Source: Pasteurella multocida (GTDB lineage Bacteria; Pseudomonadota; Gammaproteobacteria; Enterobacterales; Pasteurellaceae). From it: DNA of 32,000 nt. Under the pieces are notes generated by a model. It saw nothing but the letters and a program-made list of their open reading frames with translations. It was not told the DNA's origin and did not search any database. Positions within the stretch are counted from its first letter, which is position 1. Each line of letters opens with the position of its first letter. The DNA lies in NCBI RefSeq assembly GCF_900187275.1, contig NZ_LT906458.1:120001-152000 (forward strand). Direction: 5' to 3'. Below, in pieces: positions 21,070 through 30,956 of the stretch. Position numbers and translations under genes: made by a program.

Positions 21070-21109
21070 GTGCGGTGGAAAAAGTGAAACTTTCTACCGC
21101 ACTTTTTTT
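21070..21109 (+). terminator. Terminator containing an uptake signal sequence
   Basis: GTGCGGTGGAAA-AAGTGAAAC-TTTCTACCGCAC-TTTTTTT; contains ACCGCACTT at 21096-21104. Confidence 0.85.
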
Positions 21110-21131
21110 GCGCTTAATAGTAGTATTTTCC

Positions 21132-21158
21132 CTTGAAATTTCGTTTTTTGCACTTATA
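21132..21158 (+). promoter_or_regulatory. Possible sigma-32-type promoter for htpG
   Basis: CTTGAAA (21132-21138), 11 nt, then GCACTTATA; only partly matches the CCCCATnT -10. Confidence 0.35.
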
Positions 21159-21206
21159 TCAGGAAGCACTTATTAAGTGTAATAAAGCGTAACAGAAGGA
21201 AATATT

Positions 21207-23102
21207 ATGTCAACGAATCAAGAAACGCGTGGTTTTCAATCGGAAGTCAAACAACTTCTTCAACTAATGATCCATTCTCTCTATTCCAATAAAGAAATTT
21301 TCTTACGTGAATTAATTTCCAATGCCTCTGATGCGGCAGATAAATTGCGTTTTAAAGCCTTGTCTGCGCCAGAGCTTTATGAAGGTGATGGGGATTTAAA
21401 AGTGCGTATTCGTTTTGATGAAGAGAAAGGCACTTTAACCATTAGTGATAATGGCATTGGGATGACGCGTGATGAAGTAATCGATCATTTAGGTACCATT
21501 GCCAAATCGGGCACCAAAGAATTTTTAAGTGCATTAGGACAAGATCAAGCCAAAGATAGCCAATTAATTGGTCAGTTTGGGGTCGGTTTTTATTCCGCCT
21601 TTATTGTGGCAGATAAAGTCACTGTGAAAACGCGTGCAGCAGGCGTAAGTGCAGATAAAGCGGTGCTTTGGGAATCGGCAGGCGAAGGTGAGTATTCTGT
21701 GGCGGATATTGACAAAAAAGAACGCGGTACCGAAATTACCCTTCACTTACGTGAAGATGAAAAAGCCTTTTTAAATGATTGGCGCTTACGTGAAATTATC
21801 GGCAAATATTCGGATCATATTGGTTTGCCAGTAGAAATCTTAACCAAAGAATATGACGATGAAGGCAAAGAAACCGGCATTAAATGGGAAAAAATCAATA
21901 AAGCGCAAGCCTTGTGGACACGTGCAAAAAATGAGATTTCGGAGGAAGAATATCAAGAGTTCTATAAGCATTTAAGTCATGATTTTACCGATCCGTTACT
22001 TTGGGCACACAATAAAGTAGAAGGAAATCAAGAATATACCAGTTTACTTTATGTGCCAGCAAAAGCCCCTTGGGATTTATTTAATCGCGAACATAAACAC
22101 GGCTTAAAGCTGTATGTACAACGTGTCTTTATTATGGATGATGCGCAAGTCTTTATGCCAAATTATCTGCGTTTTATGCGTGGTTTATTAGATTCCAATG
22201 ATTTGCCACTGAATGTATCGCGCGAAATTTTACAAGATAACAAAGTCACGAGTGCTTTACGTAAAGCCCTAACGAAACGTGCATTACAAATGCTCGAAAA
22301 ATTAGCCAAAGACGATGCGGAGAAATACCAACGCTTTTGGCAAGAGTTTGGTTTAGTGTTAAAAGAAGGTCCAGCAGAAGATTTTGCAAATAAAGAAACG
22401 ATTGCAAAATTATTACGTTTTGCTTCAACACACAATGACAGCAGCCAACAAAGCGTGTCGTTAGAAGACTATGTGGCACGTATGAAAGAAGGACAAAAGG
22501 CGATTTATTACATTACGGCAGATACTTATGTCGCCGCGAAAAACTCACCGCACTTAGAATTGTTCAATAAGAAAGGCATTGAAGTATTATTGCTGTCCGA
22601 TCGTATTGATGAATGGATGTTAAGCTACTTAACGGAATTTGACGGTAAGCCACTGCAAACCATCAGTAAAGCGGATTTAGATCTAGGTGATTTAGCGGAT
22701 AAAGAGGAAGACAGTCAAAAAGCACAAGATGAGCAATATGCTTCTTTTGTGGAACGTGTGAAAACCTTGCTTGGCGAGCGCGTGAAAGAAGTGCGCTTAA
22801 CCCACCGTTTAACGGATACGCCAGCGGTTGTTTCGACGGGTGATGACCAGATGACCACCCAAATGGCGAAATTATTCGCTGCGGCGGGTCAAGCGATGCC
22901 AGAGGTTAAATACACCTTCGAATTAAATCCAGAACATGGTTTAGTACAAAAAGTAGCAGAAATTGCCGATGAGCAGCAATTTGCCGATTGGATTGAATTG
23001 CTACTTGAACAAGCGATGTTGGCTGAGCGTGGTAGCCTTGAAAATCCAGTTGCCTTTATTAAACGCATGAACACCTTGTTAGGTAAACTCACAAGTCATT
23101 AA
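21207..23102 (+). CDS. htpG: Molecular chaperone HtpG (Hsp90)
   Basis: 631 aa; [44 protein letters not shown]. Confidence 0.99.
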   Translation: MSTNQETRGFQSEVKQLLQLMIHSLYSNKEIFLRELISNASDAADKLRFKALSAPELYEGDGDLKVRIRFDEEKGTLTISDNGIGMTRDEVIDHLGTIAKSGTKEFLSALGQDQAKDSQLIGQFGVGFYSAFIVADKVTVKTRAAGVSADKAVLWESAGEGEYSVADIDKKERGTEITLHLREDEKAFLNDWRLREIIGKYSDHIGLPVEILTKEYDDEGKETGIKWEKINKAQALWTRAKNEISEEEYQEFYKHLSHDFTDPLLWAHNKVEGNQEYTSLLYVPAKAPWDLFNREHKHGLKLYVQRVFIMDDAQVFMPNYLRFMRGLLDSNDLPLNVSREILQDNKVTSALRKALTKRALQMLEKLAKDDAEKYQRFWQEFGLVLKEGPAEDFANKETIAKLLRFASTHNDSSQQSVSLEDYVARMKEGQKAIYYITADTYVAAKNSPHLELFNKKGIEVLLLSDRIDEWMLSYLTEFDGKPLQTISKADLDLGDLADKEEDSQKAQDEQYASFVERVKTLLGERVKEVRLTHRLTDTPAVVSTGDDQMTTQMAKLFAAAGQAMPEVKYTFELNPEHGLVQKVAEIADEQQFADWIELLLEQAMLAERGSLENPVAFIKRMNTLLGKLTSH

Positions 23103-23123
23103 CGCCGTATTTTGAAATATGCT

Positions 23124-23162
23124 AAAATCCCTTGGGTCAAATATCTAAGGGATTTTTATTTT
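23124..23162 (+). terminator. Terminator-like hairpin between htpG and the ArsC/YffB-family gene
   Basis: AAAATCCCTT - 13 nt - AAGGGATTTT-TATTTT, followed directly by the next gene's SD (AAGGAG). Confidence 0.65.
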
Positions 23163-23170
23163 AAGGAGAA

Positions 23171-23518
23171 ATGATGATTACTGTTTATGGCATTAAAAAT
23201 TGCGATACTGTGAAAAAAGCATTAAGTTGGTTAAGTGCCAATAATATTACACACCAATTGCATGATTATCGTGTAGATGGCTTAGACAAAAGCTGGTTGG
23301 CACAAGCTGAAGCCCAGTTTGGCTGGGAAGTGTTAGTCAATAAACGTAGCACTACATGGCGGAATCTGAGTGATGAGGTGAAAGAAAATTTATCAAAACA
23401 GACCGCACTTGAGGTGCTTTTTGAGCAGCCTACCTTAATTAAACGTCCAATTATTTTACAAGACGGCAAGGCATTGATTGGCTTTAATGCAAAAGAGTAT
23501 GCAGCCTGTTTTAAATAA
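23171..23518 (+). CDS. ArsC/Spx-family reductase-like protein (YffB type)
   Basis: 115 aa; MITVYGIKNCDTVKKALSWL, TLIKRPIILQDGKALIGF. Confidence 0.9.
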   Translation: MMITVYGIKNCDTVKKALSWLSANNITHQLHDYRVDGLDKSWLAQAEAQFGWEVLVNKRSTTWRNLSDEVKENLSKQTALEVLFEQPTLIKRPIILQDGKALIGFNAKEYAACFK

Positions 23519-23597
23519 GGCGATCGTGGTATGGTTGCCCTGATCTTTTTTGACAGAAACCCCGTTTTACCTTCTTGAGCAAAAGTGCGGTATAAAA

Positions 23598-24734
23598 ATG
23601 AAAAATTCCATTATTGAATTAGCCCGTGAATTGATTCGCCGACCATCCATTAGCCCTGACGATCAAGGTTGTCAACAGATCATCGCTGAGCGTTTAGAAC
23701 GCTTAGGTTTTCAAATCGAATGGCTCCCTTTTAATGATACGTTAAATTTATGGGCGAAACATGGTTCGGGTTCGCCAGTCATTGCCTTTGCAGGACATAC
23801 CGATGTGGTGCCTATGGGGGATACAACCCAATGGCAGTATCCGCCTTTTTCCGCACAGCTAGTGGATAATGTGCTGTATGGGCGTGGTGCGGCAGACATG
23901 AAAGGATCGCTTGCGGCGATGGTGGTGGCGGCAGAACACTATGTGAAAGCCAATCCAGAGCATTCAGGTACTGTTGCTTTATTAATTACCTCAGATGAAG
24001 AAGCCGCCGCTAAAGATGGTACAGTACGTGTAGTCGAGACATTAATGGCAAGAGGTGAGCCGATTGATTATTGTATTGTCGGCGAGCCTTCAAGTGCTCA
24101 GCAGTTTGGTGATATTGTCAAAAATGGTCGCCGCGGTTCGATTACAGCAAACCTTTATATTCAAGGGGTACAAGGGCATGTGGCTTATCCGCATTTAGCA
24201 CAAAATCCAGTGCATAAGGCACTTGGCTTTTTAACAGAATTGACCACTTATCAATGGGATAACGGTAATGACTTTTTTCCACCGACTTCATTGCAAATTG
24301 CTAATATTCAGGCGGGAACAGGGAGCAATAATGTGATACCGGGTGAGCTTTATGTGCAATTTAATTTACGCTATTGCACAGAAGTGACCGATGACATCAT
24401 TAAAAAGAAAGTTGCAGAGATGTTAGCAAAACATCAGTTAAATTATCGTATTGAGTGGCGTCTATCGGGCAAACCGTTTTTAACAGCGAAAGGCAAATTG
24501 GTGGATACCTTGCTAGATGTCGTGGAAAAAATCACGCAAAACCGACCGCACTTAGATACCGGTGGTGGCACGTCAGATGCCCGTTTTATTGCGTTAATGG
24601 GGGCAGAAGTGGTGGAATTTGGACCGTTGAATAAAACTATTCATAAAGTCGATGAATGTGTCAATGTAGATGATCTGGCAAAATGTGGTGAAGTATATCA
24701 GCACGTTTTGTGTAATATGTTGGAACGCGTATGA
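23598..24734 (+). CDS. dapE: Succinyl-diaminopimelate desuccinylase
   Basis: 378 aa from ATG 23598; [67 protein letters not shown]. The ORF-track TTG at 23550 is unlikely. Confidence 0.98.
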   Translation: MKNSIIELARELIRRPSISPDDQGCQQIIAERLERLGFQIEWLPFNDTLNLWAKHGSGSPVIAFAGHTDVVPMGDTTQWQYPPFSAQLVDNVLYGRGAADMKGSLAAMVVAAEHYVKANPEHSGTVALLITSDEEAAAKDGTVRVVETLMARGEPIDYCIVGEPSSAQQFGDIVKNGRRGSITANLYIQGVQGHVAYPHLAQNPVHKALGFLTELTTYQWDNGNDFFPPTSLQIANIQAGTGSNNVIPGELYVQFNLRYCTEVTDDIIKKKVAEMLAKHQLNYRIEWRLSGKPFLTAKGKLVDTLLDVVEKITQNRPHLDTGGGTSDARFIALMGAEVVEFGPLNKTIHKVDECVNVDDLAKCGEVYQHVLCNMLERV

Positions 24735-25417
24735 GCTTTCTCTTTACACCCGAGCAATTAACCGGTAAGGCACGCACACATTTAGTTGCACTCCCTTGCC
24801 CATTTTCTGTCCATCATTTCTTACACCAAGATTGCTTAGTGGCTTTTCAATGTTTACAGCAAAGTGCGGCTAAACATGGCTTTAATTTACAGCCAGCCAG
24901 TAGCTTTCGTGACTTTCAACGTCAACAAGCCATTTGGAATGCGAAATTTTATGGTGAGCGTAAAGTGCATGATGATCAGGGAAATCCGCTCGATTTGAGC
25001 ACACTTTCCGACTGGGAAAAAGTACAAGCTATTTTACGTTGGTCTGCTTTGCCGGGTGGTAGTCGTCATCATTGGGGCACGGAAATTGATGTTTTTGATC
25101 CGCACTTATTGCCTCCTCATCAAACTTTACAACTTGAACCTTGGGAATATGAACAAGGCGGTTATTTCTTTGAATTAAGTGAGTGGTTGCAACAACATCT
25201 CGCTCATTTTGATTTTGCCTTGCCTTTCACGCAGTTACCACAAGATAAAGAAATTGGTTATGAACCTTGGCATATCAGTTATTTACCGATTGCACAACAA
25301 GCCCAACAACAGTTTAATGCAGATATATTATGTGAGGCATGGCAGCAGGAAGAAATTGCAGGCAAAGCCTGTTTGCTTGCGAATCTCGCGCAGATTTTTT
25401 GTCGTTTTTTTATTTAA
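24731..25417 (+). CDS. M15-type D-Ala-D-Ala carboxypeptidase-like peptidase (VanY/LdcB-like)
   Basis: 228 aa; [32 protein letters not shown] and EPWHISY metallopeptidase motifs; ATGA overlap with the dapE stop. Confidence 0.8.
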   Translation: MSFLFTPEQLTGKARTHLVALPCPFSVHHFLHQDCLVAFQCLQQSAAKHGFNLQPASSFRDFQRQQAIWNAKFYGERKVHDDQGNPLDLSTLSDWEKVQAILRWSALPGGSRHHWGTEIDVFDPHLLPPHQTLQLEPWEYEQGGYFFELSEWLQQHLAHFDFALPFTQLPQDKEIGYEPWHISYLPIAQQAQQQFNADILCEAWQQEEIAGKACLLANLAQIFCRFFI

Positions 25418-25426
25418 GGAGATAAC

Positions 25427-26035
25427 ATGGAAATTCAACAGTTTCGTCAGCAAGATATTGACATTCTTAAAGAAGAAACCTTATACCAAGGTTTTTTTCA
25501 ATTAAAAAAGATTCAATTTAAACACAAGCTGTTTACTGGCGGATACAGTGGGGTAGTCACTCGTGAATTGTTAGTCAAAGGGGCCGCATCTGCGGTGATT
25601 GCTTACGATCCGATTAAAGATGCCGTTGTATTGGTTGAGCAAGTGCGTATTGGTGCTTATCAACCTGATTCAGCACAGTCACCTTGGTTGTTAGAGTTGA
25701 TCGCCGGCATGGTAGAAGAAGGGGAAAAACCAGAAGAGGTTGCGCTACGTGAAAGCGAAGAAGAAGCCGGCGTGCAAGTGCAAGATTTGCAACATTGTTT
25801 AAGCGTGTGGGACAGCCCAGGTGGTGTGTTTGAGCGTATCCATTTGTTTGTGGGCAAAGTGGATAGCACAACAGCGAAAGGGCTACACGGTTTGAGCGAA
25901 GAGAATGAAGATATCCGTGTCCATGTAGTGAGCCGTGAGCAAGCTTATCAATGGGTTAATGAGGGCAAAATTGATAATAGCATTGCGGTGTTGGGATTAC
26001 AGTGGTTACAGTTGAATTATAAGACCCTCTCATAA
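25427..26035 (+). CDS. nudF: ADP-ribose pyrophosphatase (Nudix)
   Basis: 202 aa; Nudix box GMVEEGEKPEEVALRESEEEAGV; SD GGAG. Confidence 0.93.
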   Translation: MEIQQFRQQDIDILKEETLYQGFFQLKKIQFKHKLFTGGYSGVVTRELLVKGAASAVIAYDPIKDAVVLVEQVRIGAYQPDSAQSPWLLELIAGMVEEGEKPEEVALRESEEEAGVQVQDLQHCLSVWDSPGGVFERIHLFVGKVDSTTAKGLHGLSEENEDIRVHVVSREQAYQWVNEGKIDNSIAVLGLQWLQLNYKTLS

Positions 26036-26044
26036 TTCAATTTT

Positions 26045-26080
26045 CTAAATCCACACGATAAAAGTGTGATTTAGGTTTAA
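26045..26080 (+). terminator. Weak terminator-like hairpin after nudF
   Basis: CTAAATCCACAC-GATAAAA-GTGTGATTTAG, one bulge, weak T-run. Confidence 0.4.
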
Positions 26081-26202
26081 TTTTCAGAAAATTTTTTATC
26101 AATAAATATGACATAGCTAACATTTTTTTATTTTGGTAGGTGCAATTTCTTTGATAAGTCGGTAATTTACAAAGAGTTTTATTTTAGTCGTAGGAGTTCG
26201 CT

Positions 26203-27033
26203 TTGTTCAGCACTTATAGATATGATACATCAGCGGAGGTGTTCAAAATCATTCAAATTACCGATCCTCATTTGTTTAAAGATGAGCATGGGGAATTATT
26301 AGGCATCAATACATTTCAAAGCTTTTCTCAAGTTTTACACGAAATTAAAGCCAGTCGTTTTGACTATGATCTGGTGTTAGCTACAGGGGATCTGGTTCAA
26401 GATAGTAGTCGTGAAGGCTACTTACATTTTTGTGAACAAGTGAAAAGCTTAGAAAAAACCGTCTTTTGGATTCCCGGAAATCATGATTTTCAACCAAAAA
26501 TGTTTGAAATCTTGAATCAGGATCAAGGTAATTTAAATCCGAAAAAGCACATTCTTTTAGGCAAATCTTGGCAGATTTTAATGTTAGATAGTCAAGTGTT
26601 TGGCGTTCCACATGGTGAATTAAGCCAATATCAAATAGACTGGTTGGTCGCAAAATTAAAAGATCATCCAGAACGTTATACGTTAATTGTCTTACATCAC
26701 CACATTTTGCCTACCCATTCAACTTGGTTAGATCAGCATAATTTACGTAATGCTCATGAATTGGCGTATGCATTAGCCCCTTTTGATAAAGTGAAAGGGA
26801 TTTTACATGGTCATATTCACCAAGAAATGGATGCTAACTGGCAAGGTTATAGAGTGATGGCAACACCTGCAACCTGTATCCAATTTAAACCAGATCATAA
26901 TACGTTTACACTTGATTCAGTTCAGCCAGGTTGGCGAGAGCTTGAATTACACAGTGATGGTCGGATTGAAACACGCGTAAAACGCATTCAAGATAAGACG
27001 TTCTTCCCGAATATGCATGAAGATGGCTATTAA
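26203..27033 (+). CDS. cpdA: 3',5'-cyclic-AMP phosphodiesterase
   Basis: 276 aa; KIIQITDPHLF, LATGDLVQDSS, WIPGNHD, HHHILPTHS, GHIHQE metallophosphoesterase motifs. TTG start with TAGGAG SD. Confidence 0.93.
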   Translation: MFSTYRYDTSAEVFKIIQITDPHLFKDEHGELLGINTFQSFSQVLHEIKASRFDYDLVLATGDLVQDSSREGYLHFCEQVKSLEKTVFWIPGNHDFQPKMFEILNQDQGNLNPKKHILLGKSWQILMLDSQVFGVPHGELSQYQIDWLVAKLKDHPERYTLIVLHHHILPTHSTWLDQHNLRNAHELAYALAPFDKVKGILHGHIHQEMDANWQGYRVMATPATCIQFKPDHNTFTLDSVQPGWRELELHSDGRIETRVKRIQDKTFFPNMHEDGY

Positions 27034-27035
27034 GC

Positions 27036-27071
27036 AAAAACAGCCATGTGGCAACACATGTTTGTTTTTTT
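27036..27071 (+). terminator. Terminator after cpdA (first of two plus-oriented hairpins)
   Basis: CATGTG-GCAA-CACATG with flanking AACA/TGTT pairing, then a T-run. Confidence 0.7.
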
Positions 27072-27091
27072 AAGTTAGGCTAAATTGATTA

Positions 27092-27126
27092 GGAAAGTGA
27101 GTGACATGACGCACTTTCCTTTTTTT
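27092..27126 (+). terminator. Second plus-oriented terminator at the cpdA/wzc junction
   Basis: GGAAAGTG - 12 nt - CACTTTCC-TTTTTTT. Confidence 0.7.
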
Positions 27127-27135
27127 CCTCAAATG

Positions 27136-29235
27136 CTAGCTGCGGTAATTGTAATAATCATAGTAGCTCAGCGCTTTGCGTTTTGTACCATTTAAAATAA
27201 ACCCTTTAACGGGGACACCTGCTTGTGCAAAACGTGTTTTAGCGATTTCAATTTCTTTAACCGTTGTTTTCCCAAATAAGCCAACCAGTAGGGTTGTACC
27301 AACATAACGTCCAATAATAGCGGCATCTGTTACCGGCAGAATTGGTGGTGTATCAATTACAACAAGATCATAATGACTCGATGCCCATTCAAGAAGTTGC
27401 TGAAAACGCGCAGTATAAAAAAGTTCTGATGGATTGGGTGGTGTATTTCCTTTCGTAATAATGGCAAATTCAGCATATTGATGAACGATGTCTTCAAATG
27501 GAATATTTTGTGCAATAGCCTCACTTAATCCCTGTTTATTTGCAATACCGAGGAACGGGCGCAAGTAACTGCGACGTAAATCAGCATCAATCAGTAAAAC
27601 TCGTTTTCCAGTTTTTGCTAACACATTAGCTAAATTACTCGAAATAAAACTTTTTCCTACAGAAGGTAATGTGCCAGAAATCATCACAAGATTATTTGGT
27701 GCTTCTAACATGGCAAAATGGAGACTTGTCCTTAAACTACGAATGGCCTCAATCGCATTGTCTTCAGGGTGACTTTCTGACAGGAGACGATATTTTCCTT
27801 TATGTACATGTTTGCGGGAAATCGCCGGCTGTTGTTCTGAATGTGGAATGGCGGCGTAAGTCGGTAGTCCCGTTTTGTCAACATCCGCCGTTGATTCAAT
27901 ACCACGTTGGAAATAATTCCTAAACAGCACTAAAAAGGACGATAAAAGTCCGCCTAATAAAAAGGCAAGTATGATAACGAGCGCTTTTTTAGGTGCAACA
28001 GGATTTGGAAATACTTGTGCATGATCTAAAATACGAACGTTACCAATAGTGCTTGCTTTTACAACATCTAACTCTTGCATTTTATTTAAGAGTTGGATGT
28101 AGATGTGTTGGTTGACTTCTAAATCACGTGTAAAACGAATCATTTCTTTCTGTGTATTTGGCAATTTTTCTAATTGCTTATTTAATCGTTCTTTCTCCGC
28201 ATTCAAGACATTTCTTTTGTCAATTAAAGCAACATAAGAAGGGTGCTTTAGCGTAAATTTGCGTGAGATTTCACTTTCTTGAATAGACAATTCGCTGAGA
28301 TCCGCTTCTATTTGGATAATGGTGTCTAATGTGGCTTTTGCTTCAAGGCTGAGATCAACAGATTCATTTTTTAAGCGGAATTCATTCAATCTATTTTCTG
28401 AGTCAGACAGTTTCTGACGTACATCTGGCAATTGTTGATTAAGAAACTCTAGACTTTTAGAGGCTTCTGCCGAATTTCTCGCGACATTTTGTAATAAGTA
28501 ACTTTCAGCAATACTCGAAACGATATCTTGTATGTGTTTTTTATCTTTTCCCTGAATCGCAATATTAATGATACCCGTTTGTTTACCAATTTCATGAACC
28601 GACAGTTGTTCCTGTAAGGCTGAAATAACGGTTAATTCTGGTAGCTTGTTGATTAGAAAACGTTGTTTAGGTTTGGCATTTATCTGAGATAAAGAAAATT
28701 GAATAAGATCCGTATCATATTTTTCCCCCACTTTGCCTGTTAGCAGTGGCTCTGTAGTTTTTTCCAGAAAAAGGGTATAGCTATCTCGTTGTTCACCAAT
28801 TTCTAAGATGAGTGTATTGGCTGCTTCATTGAGTGGTGTGAAATGGGAAATGGTGATTTGCGGTGAATAGCCTGTGGCACTTGCGAACAGTTTACCCAAG
28901 ATAGGAATCGGATAAATTGGCTCAACCTGTGTCGTTAAATTGAGTTTTTCAACCGCATACGAGAGCACCATTCTCGATTTTAAAATCGCGATTTCGGTAT
29001 GCGAGGAGGATTTTTCCTCAAAGATCCCCGCGAAATCTTTTAATGCACCGCCCGCTGATTTATCTTCAATTTGTATGGAAGCATTCGCAAGATAAACAGG
29101 AGGGGCAAGAAAGGCATAGCCTGCTCCAATGAGTGTTGTAAGTAGGGTAAACAGGGCAATCCACCCTTTATGATCTAATAAAATGCCGAGGAATTTCATT
29201 ACATCAAGTGTTTCTTCATGGTTTTTCTCGTTCAT
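27136..29235 (-). CDS. wzc: Polysaccharide co-polymerase / tyrosine autokinase Wzc
   Basis: Wzz-like N-terminus, Walker A GTLPSVGKSFISSNLA, VLLIDADLRR, VVIDTPP, C-terminal Tyr cluster SYYDYYNYRS. ATG 29235 lies 11 nt past the wzb stop; the ORF-track start at 29265 overlaps wzb. Confidence 0.94.
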   Translation of the reverse strand: MNEKNHEETLDVMKFLGILLDHKGWIALFTLLTTLIGAGYAFLAPPVYLANASIQIEDKSAGGALKDFAGIFEEKSSSHTEIAILKSRMVLSYAVEKLNLTTQVEPIYPIPILGKLFASATGYSPQITISHFTPLNEAANTLILEIGEQRDSYTLFLEKTTEPLLTGKVGEKYDTDLIQFSLSQINAKPKQRFLINKLPELTVISALQEQLSVHEIGKQTGIINIAIQGKDKKHIQDIVSSIAESYLLQNVARNSAEASKSLEFLNQQLPDVRQKLSDSENRLNEFRLKNESVDLSLEAKATLDTIIQIEADLSELSIQESEISRKFTLKHPSYVALIDKRNVLNAEKERLNKQLEKLPNTQKEMIRFTRDLEVNQHIYIQLLNKMQELDVVKASTIGNVRILDHAQVFPNPVAPKKALVIILAFLLGGLLSSFLVLFRNYFQRGIESTADVDKTGLPTYAAIPHSEQQPAISRKHVHKGKYRLLSESHPEDNAIEAIRSLRTSLHFAMLEAPNNLVMISGTLPSVGKSFISSNLANVLAKTGKRVLLIDADLRRSYLRPFLGIANKQGLSEAIAQNIPFEDIVHQYAEFAIITKGNTPPNPSELFYTARFQQLLEWASSHYDLVVIDTPPILPVTDAAIIGRYVGTTLLVGLFGKTTVKEIEIAKTRFAQAGVPVKGFILNGTKRKALSYYDYYNYRS

Positions 29236-29246
29236 TATTTCATATC

Positions 29247-29690
29247 CTATAACATTTTTTTCCATTGATATGCTGCGCTATCTAGCATTTGATAAGCATA
29301 CTCAAACATTTCTTGACTCTTTTTATAGGGATCGGGAATCTCTTTTGACGCAGTTAATCCATGTCCAAACAACATGACTTTACCTTGAGATAAAGGGCAT
29401 ATTTGATGAACTAATTCAATATGCGCTTTTTCCATAACAAGAATCAAATCGGCTTTATGACATAATGCATGTGTCAACTGCTTAGCACGATGAGCCGAAA
29501 GATTTAATCCGTGCTGGCTAGCAATTTTTATCATCATATCGTCGGCAGGCTTGTCAACTAAGCAACTACGTTCAGTGACAAGACCTGCAGAGGTAATGTT
29601 TTTTTCTGGGAAATGGTGTTGCAGTAATTTTTCCCCTACAGGGGAACGACAGATATTTCCCATACATACGACTAGAATTTGCTCAAACAT
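29247..29690 (-). CDS. wzb: Low-molecular-weight protein-tyrosine phosphatase Wzb
   Basis: 147 aa; ILVVCMGNICRSPVGE active site, DPYKKS. Confidence 0.95.
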   Translation of the reverse strand: MFEQILVVCMGNICRSPVGEKLLQHHFPEKNITSAGLVTERSCLVDKPADDMMIKIASQHGLNLSAHRAKQLTHALCHKADLILVMEKAHIELVHQICPLSQGKVMLFGHGLTASKEIPDPYKKSQEMFEYAYQMLDSAAYQWKKML

Positions 29691-29691
29691 A

Positions 29692-30855
29692 TTACCAATT
29701 TCGGATTCTTAACATACTTTCAGTGATTGAGTCGAACCCTGACAAAGTAGGCACGATCTGACTAATCACACGATTCCAGCGGGCAACTGGAGCTGTTGTG
29801 ACATAAACCACATCATAAGGTTTTAAATAAAACTCGGTACCAAGAAGATAAGAGGTAGCATCGGTGACATCTAATTGGTAAATATCTGCAATTTTTTCTA
29901 TATTTTCCTCAGACGATGTCGCTTGTCTTGTTGTAGATGGCGAACGTTGTCCACGAATAACGAAAATCCCCGTTGCATCTGCAGCTAATTTATCAATACC
30001 ACCACTTGCTGTGATTGCTTCAGTTAATGTCATACCGTAATGCATAATTTTGAGCATTTGCGGTTGAGCAACTTCACCAATAACAAAGACTTTATTCGCA
30101 TCATTACGAGGAACATGAACAATATCACCATCAACTAATAAGCGGTTCTGGCTTAAATCTCCTCGTTGGATAAGTGCTTCGACTGAGATTTTTTCATCTT
30201 TTCCTTTGCTATTGAGTGTGACATTGTGCCAATCCGCATGTTCAGATAAGCCACCAGCATGGTTAATTGCATCTAATAAAGTTAACGGAACATTGGTCAA
30301 ATATTGTTGCCCCGGACGATTTACTTCCCCTGTAATATAGGCTTTTTTCGATTGGTAAGTGGCGACACTGACCTCAATTTGTGGCTCACTAATATAGTTG
30401 GCGAGCCTTTTGGTCAGTTTGTTTCTAATTTGGCTTACGGTCAGTCCAGAGACATGAATAGAACCTACATAAGGGTAGAAAATCGTGCCATTAGCATGAA
30501 CTTGACTACCGGATTCCGCCGCCGAACGATAAGCCCCCGCTGGTGTTGTTAATTCAGGATGATCCCAAACGGTAATATTTAATACATCACCAGGACCTAC
30601 ACGGTATTGGTAGGCTTTAATTTTTTGATCGAGTGGCGGGTTGGCACGAGCAAAAGGTATAGAAGGCGCGAGTTGCTTAACCAACGAAGGGGTAATTAAG
30701 TAGGCATCGACTGCTTTTTGCGTATCAAGAGGTCCGCCTTGCGCATAGACCTTAACACCACTTACGGGTGATTTGGTAGAGGGTAGCATGACGGAGCAGG
30801 CAGAGACAGACATGCCAATGCCGATTAGGATGAGAAGTCTAGATAATTTATACAT
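29692..30855 (-). CDS. wza: Outer-membrane polysaccharide export lipoprotein Wza
   Basis: 387 aa; lipobox VSAC, YRVGPGDVLNITVWDHPELT, SLBB-type domains. Confidence 0.95.
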   Translation of the reverse strand: MYKLSRLLILIGIGMSVSACSVMLPSTKSPVSGVKVYAQGGPLDTQKAVDAYLITPSLVKQLAPSIPFARANPPLDQKIKAYQYRVGPGDVLNITVWDHPELTTPAGAYRSAAESGSQVHANGTIFYPYVGSIHVSGLTVSQIRNKLTKRLANYISEPQIEVSVATYQSKKAYITGEVNRPGQQYLTNVPLTLLDAINHAGGLSEHADWHNVTLNSKGKDEKISVEALIQRGDLSQNRLLVDGDIVHVPRNDANKVFVIGEVAQPQMLKIMHYGMTLTEAITASGGIDKLAADATGIFVIRGQRSPSTTRQATSSEENIEKIADIYQLDVTDATSYLLGTEFYLKPYDVVYVTTAPVARWNRVISQIVPTLSGFDSITESMLRIRNW

Positions 30856-30956
30856 GTCTTTTACTCATTTTAATTAGTGAATAAGTGAAAGGCTTACAGC
30901 TACCTCGGTTTTTTGTTCATCTGGATACAGTTTATTTATTGATGTTCACCGTTGCT

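Noticed and set aside
25179-25505. 108-aa plus-strand ORF overlapping the M15 peptidase and nudF
   Set aside because: Out-of-frame overlap with two supported CDSs; the composition looks non-coding.
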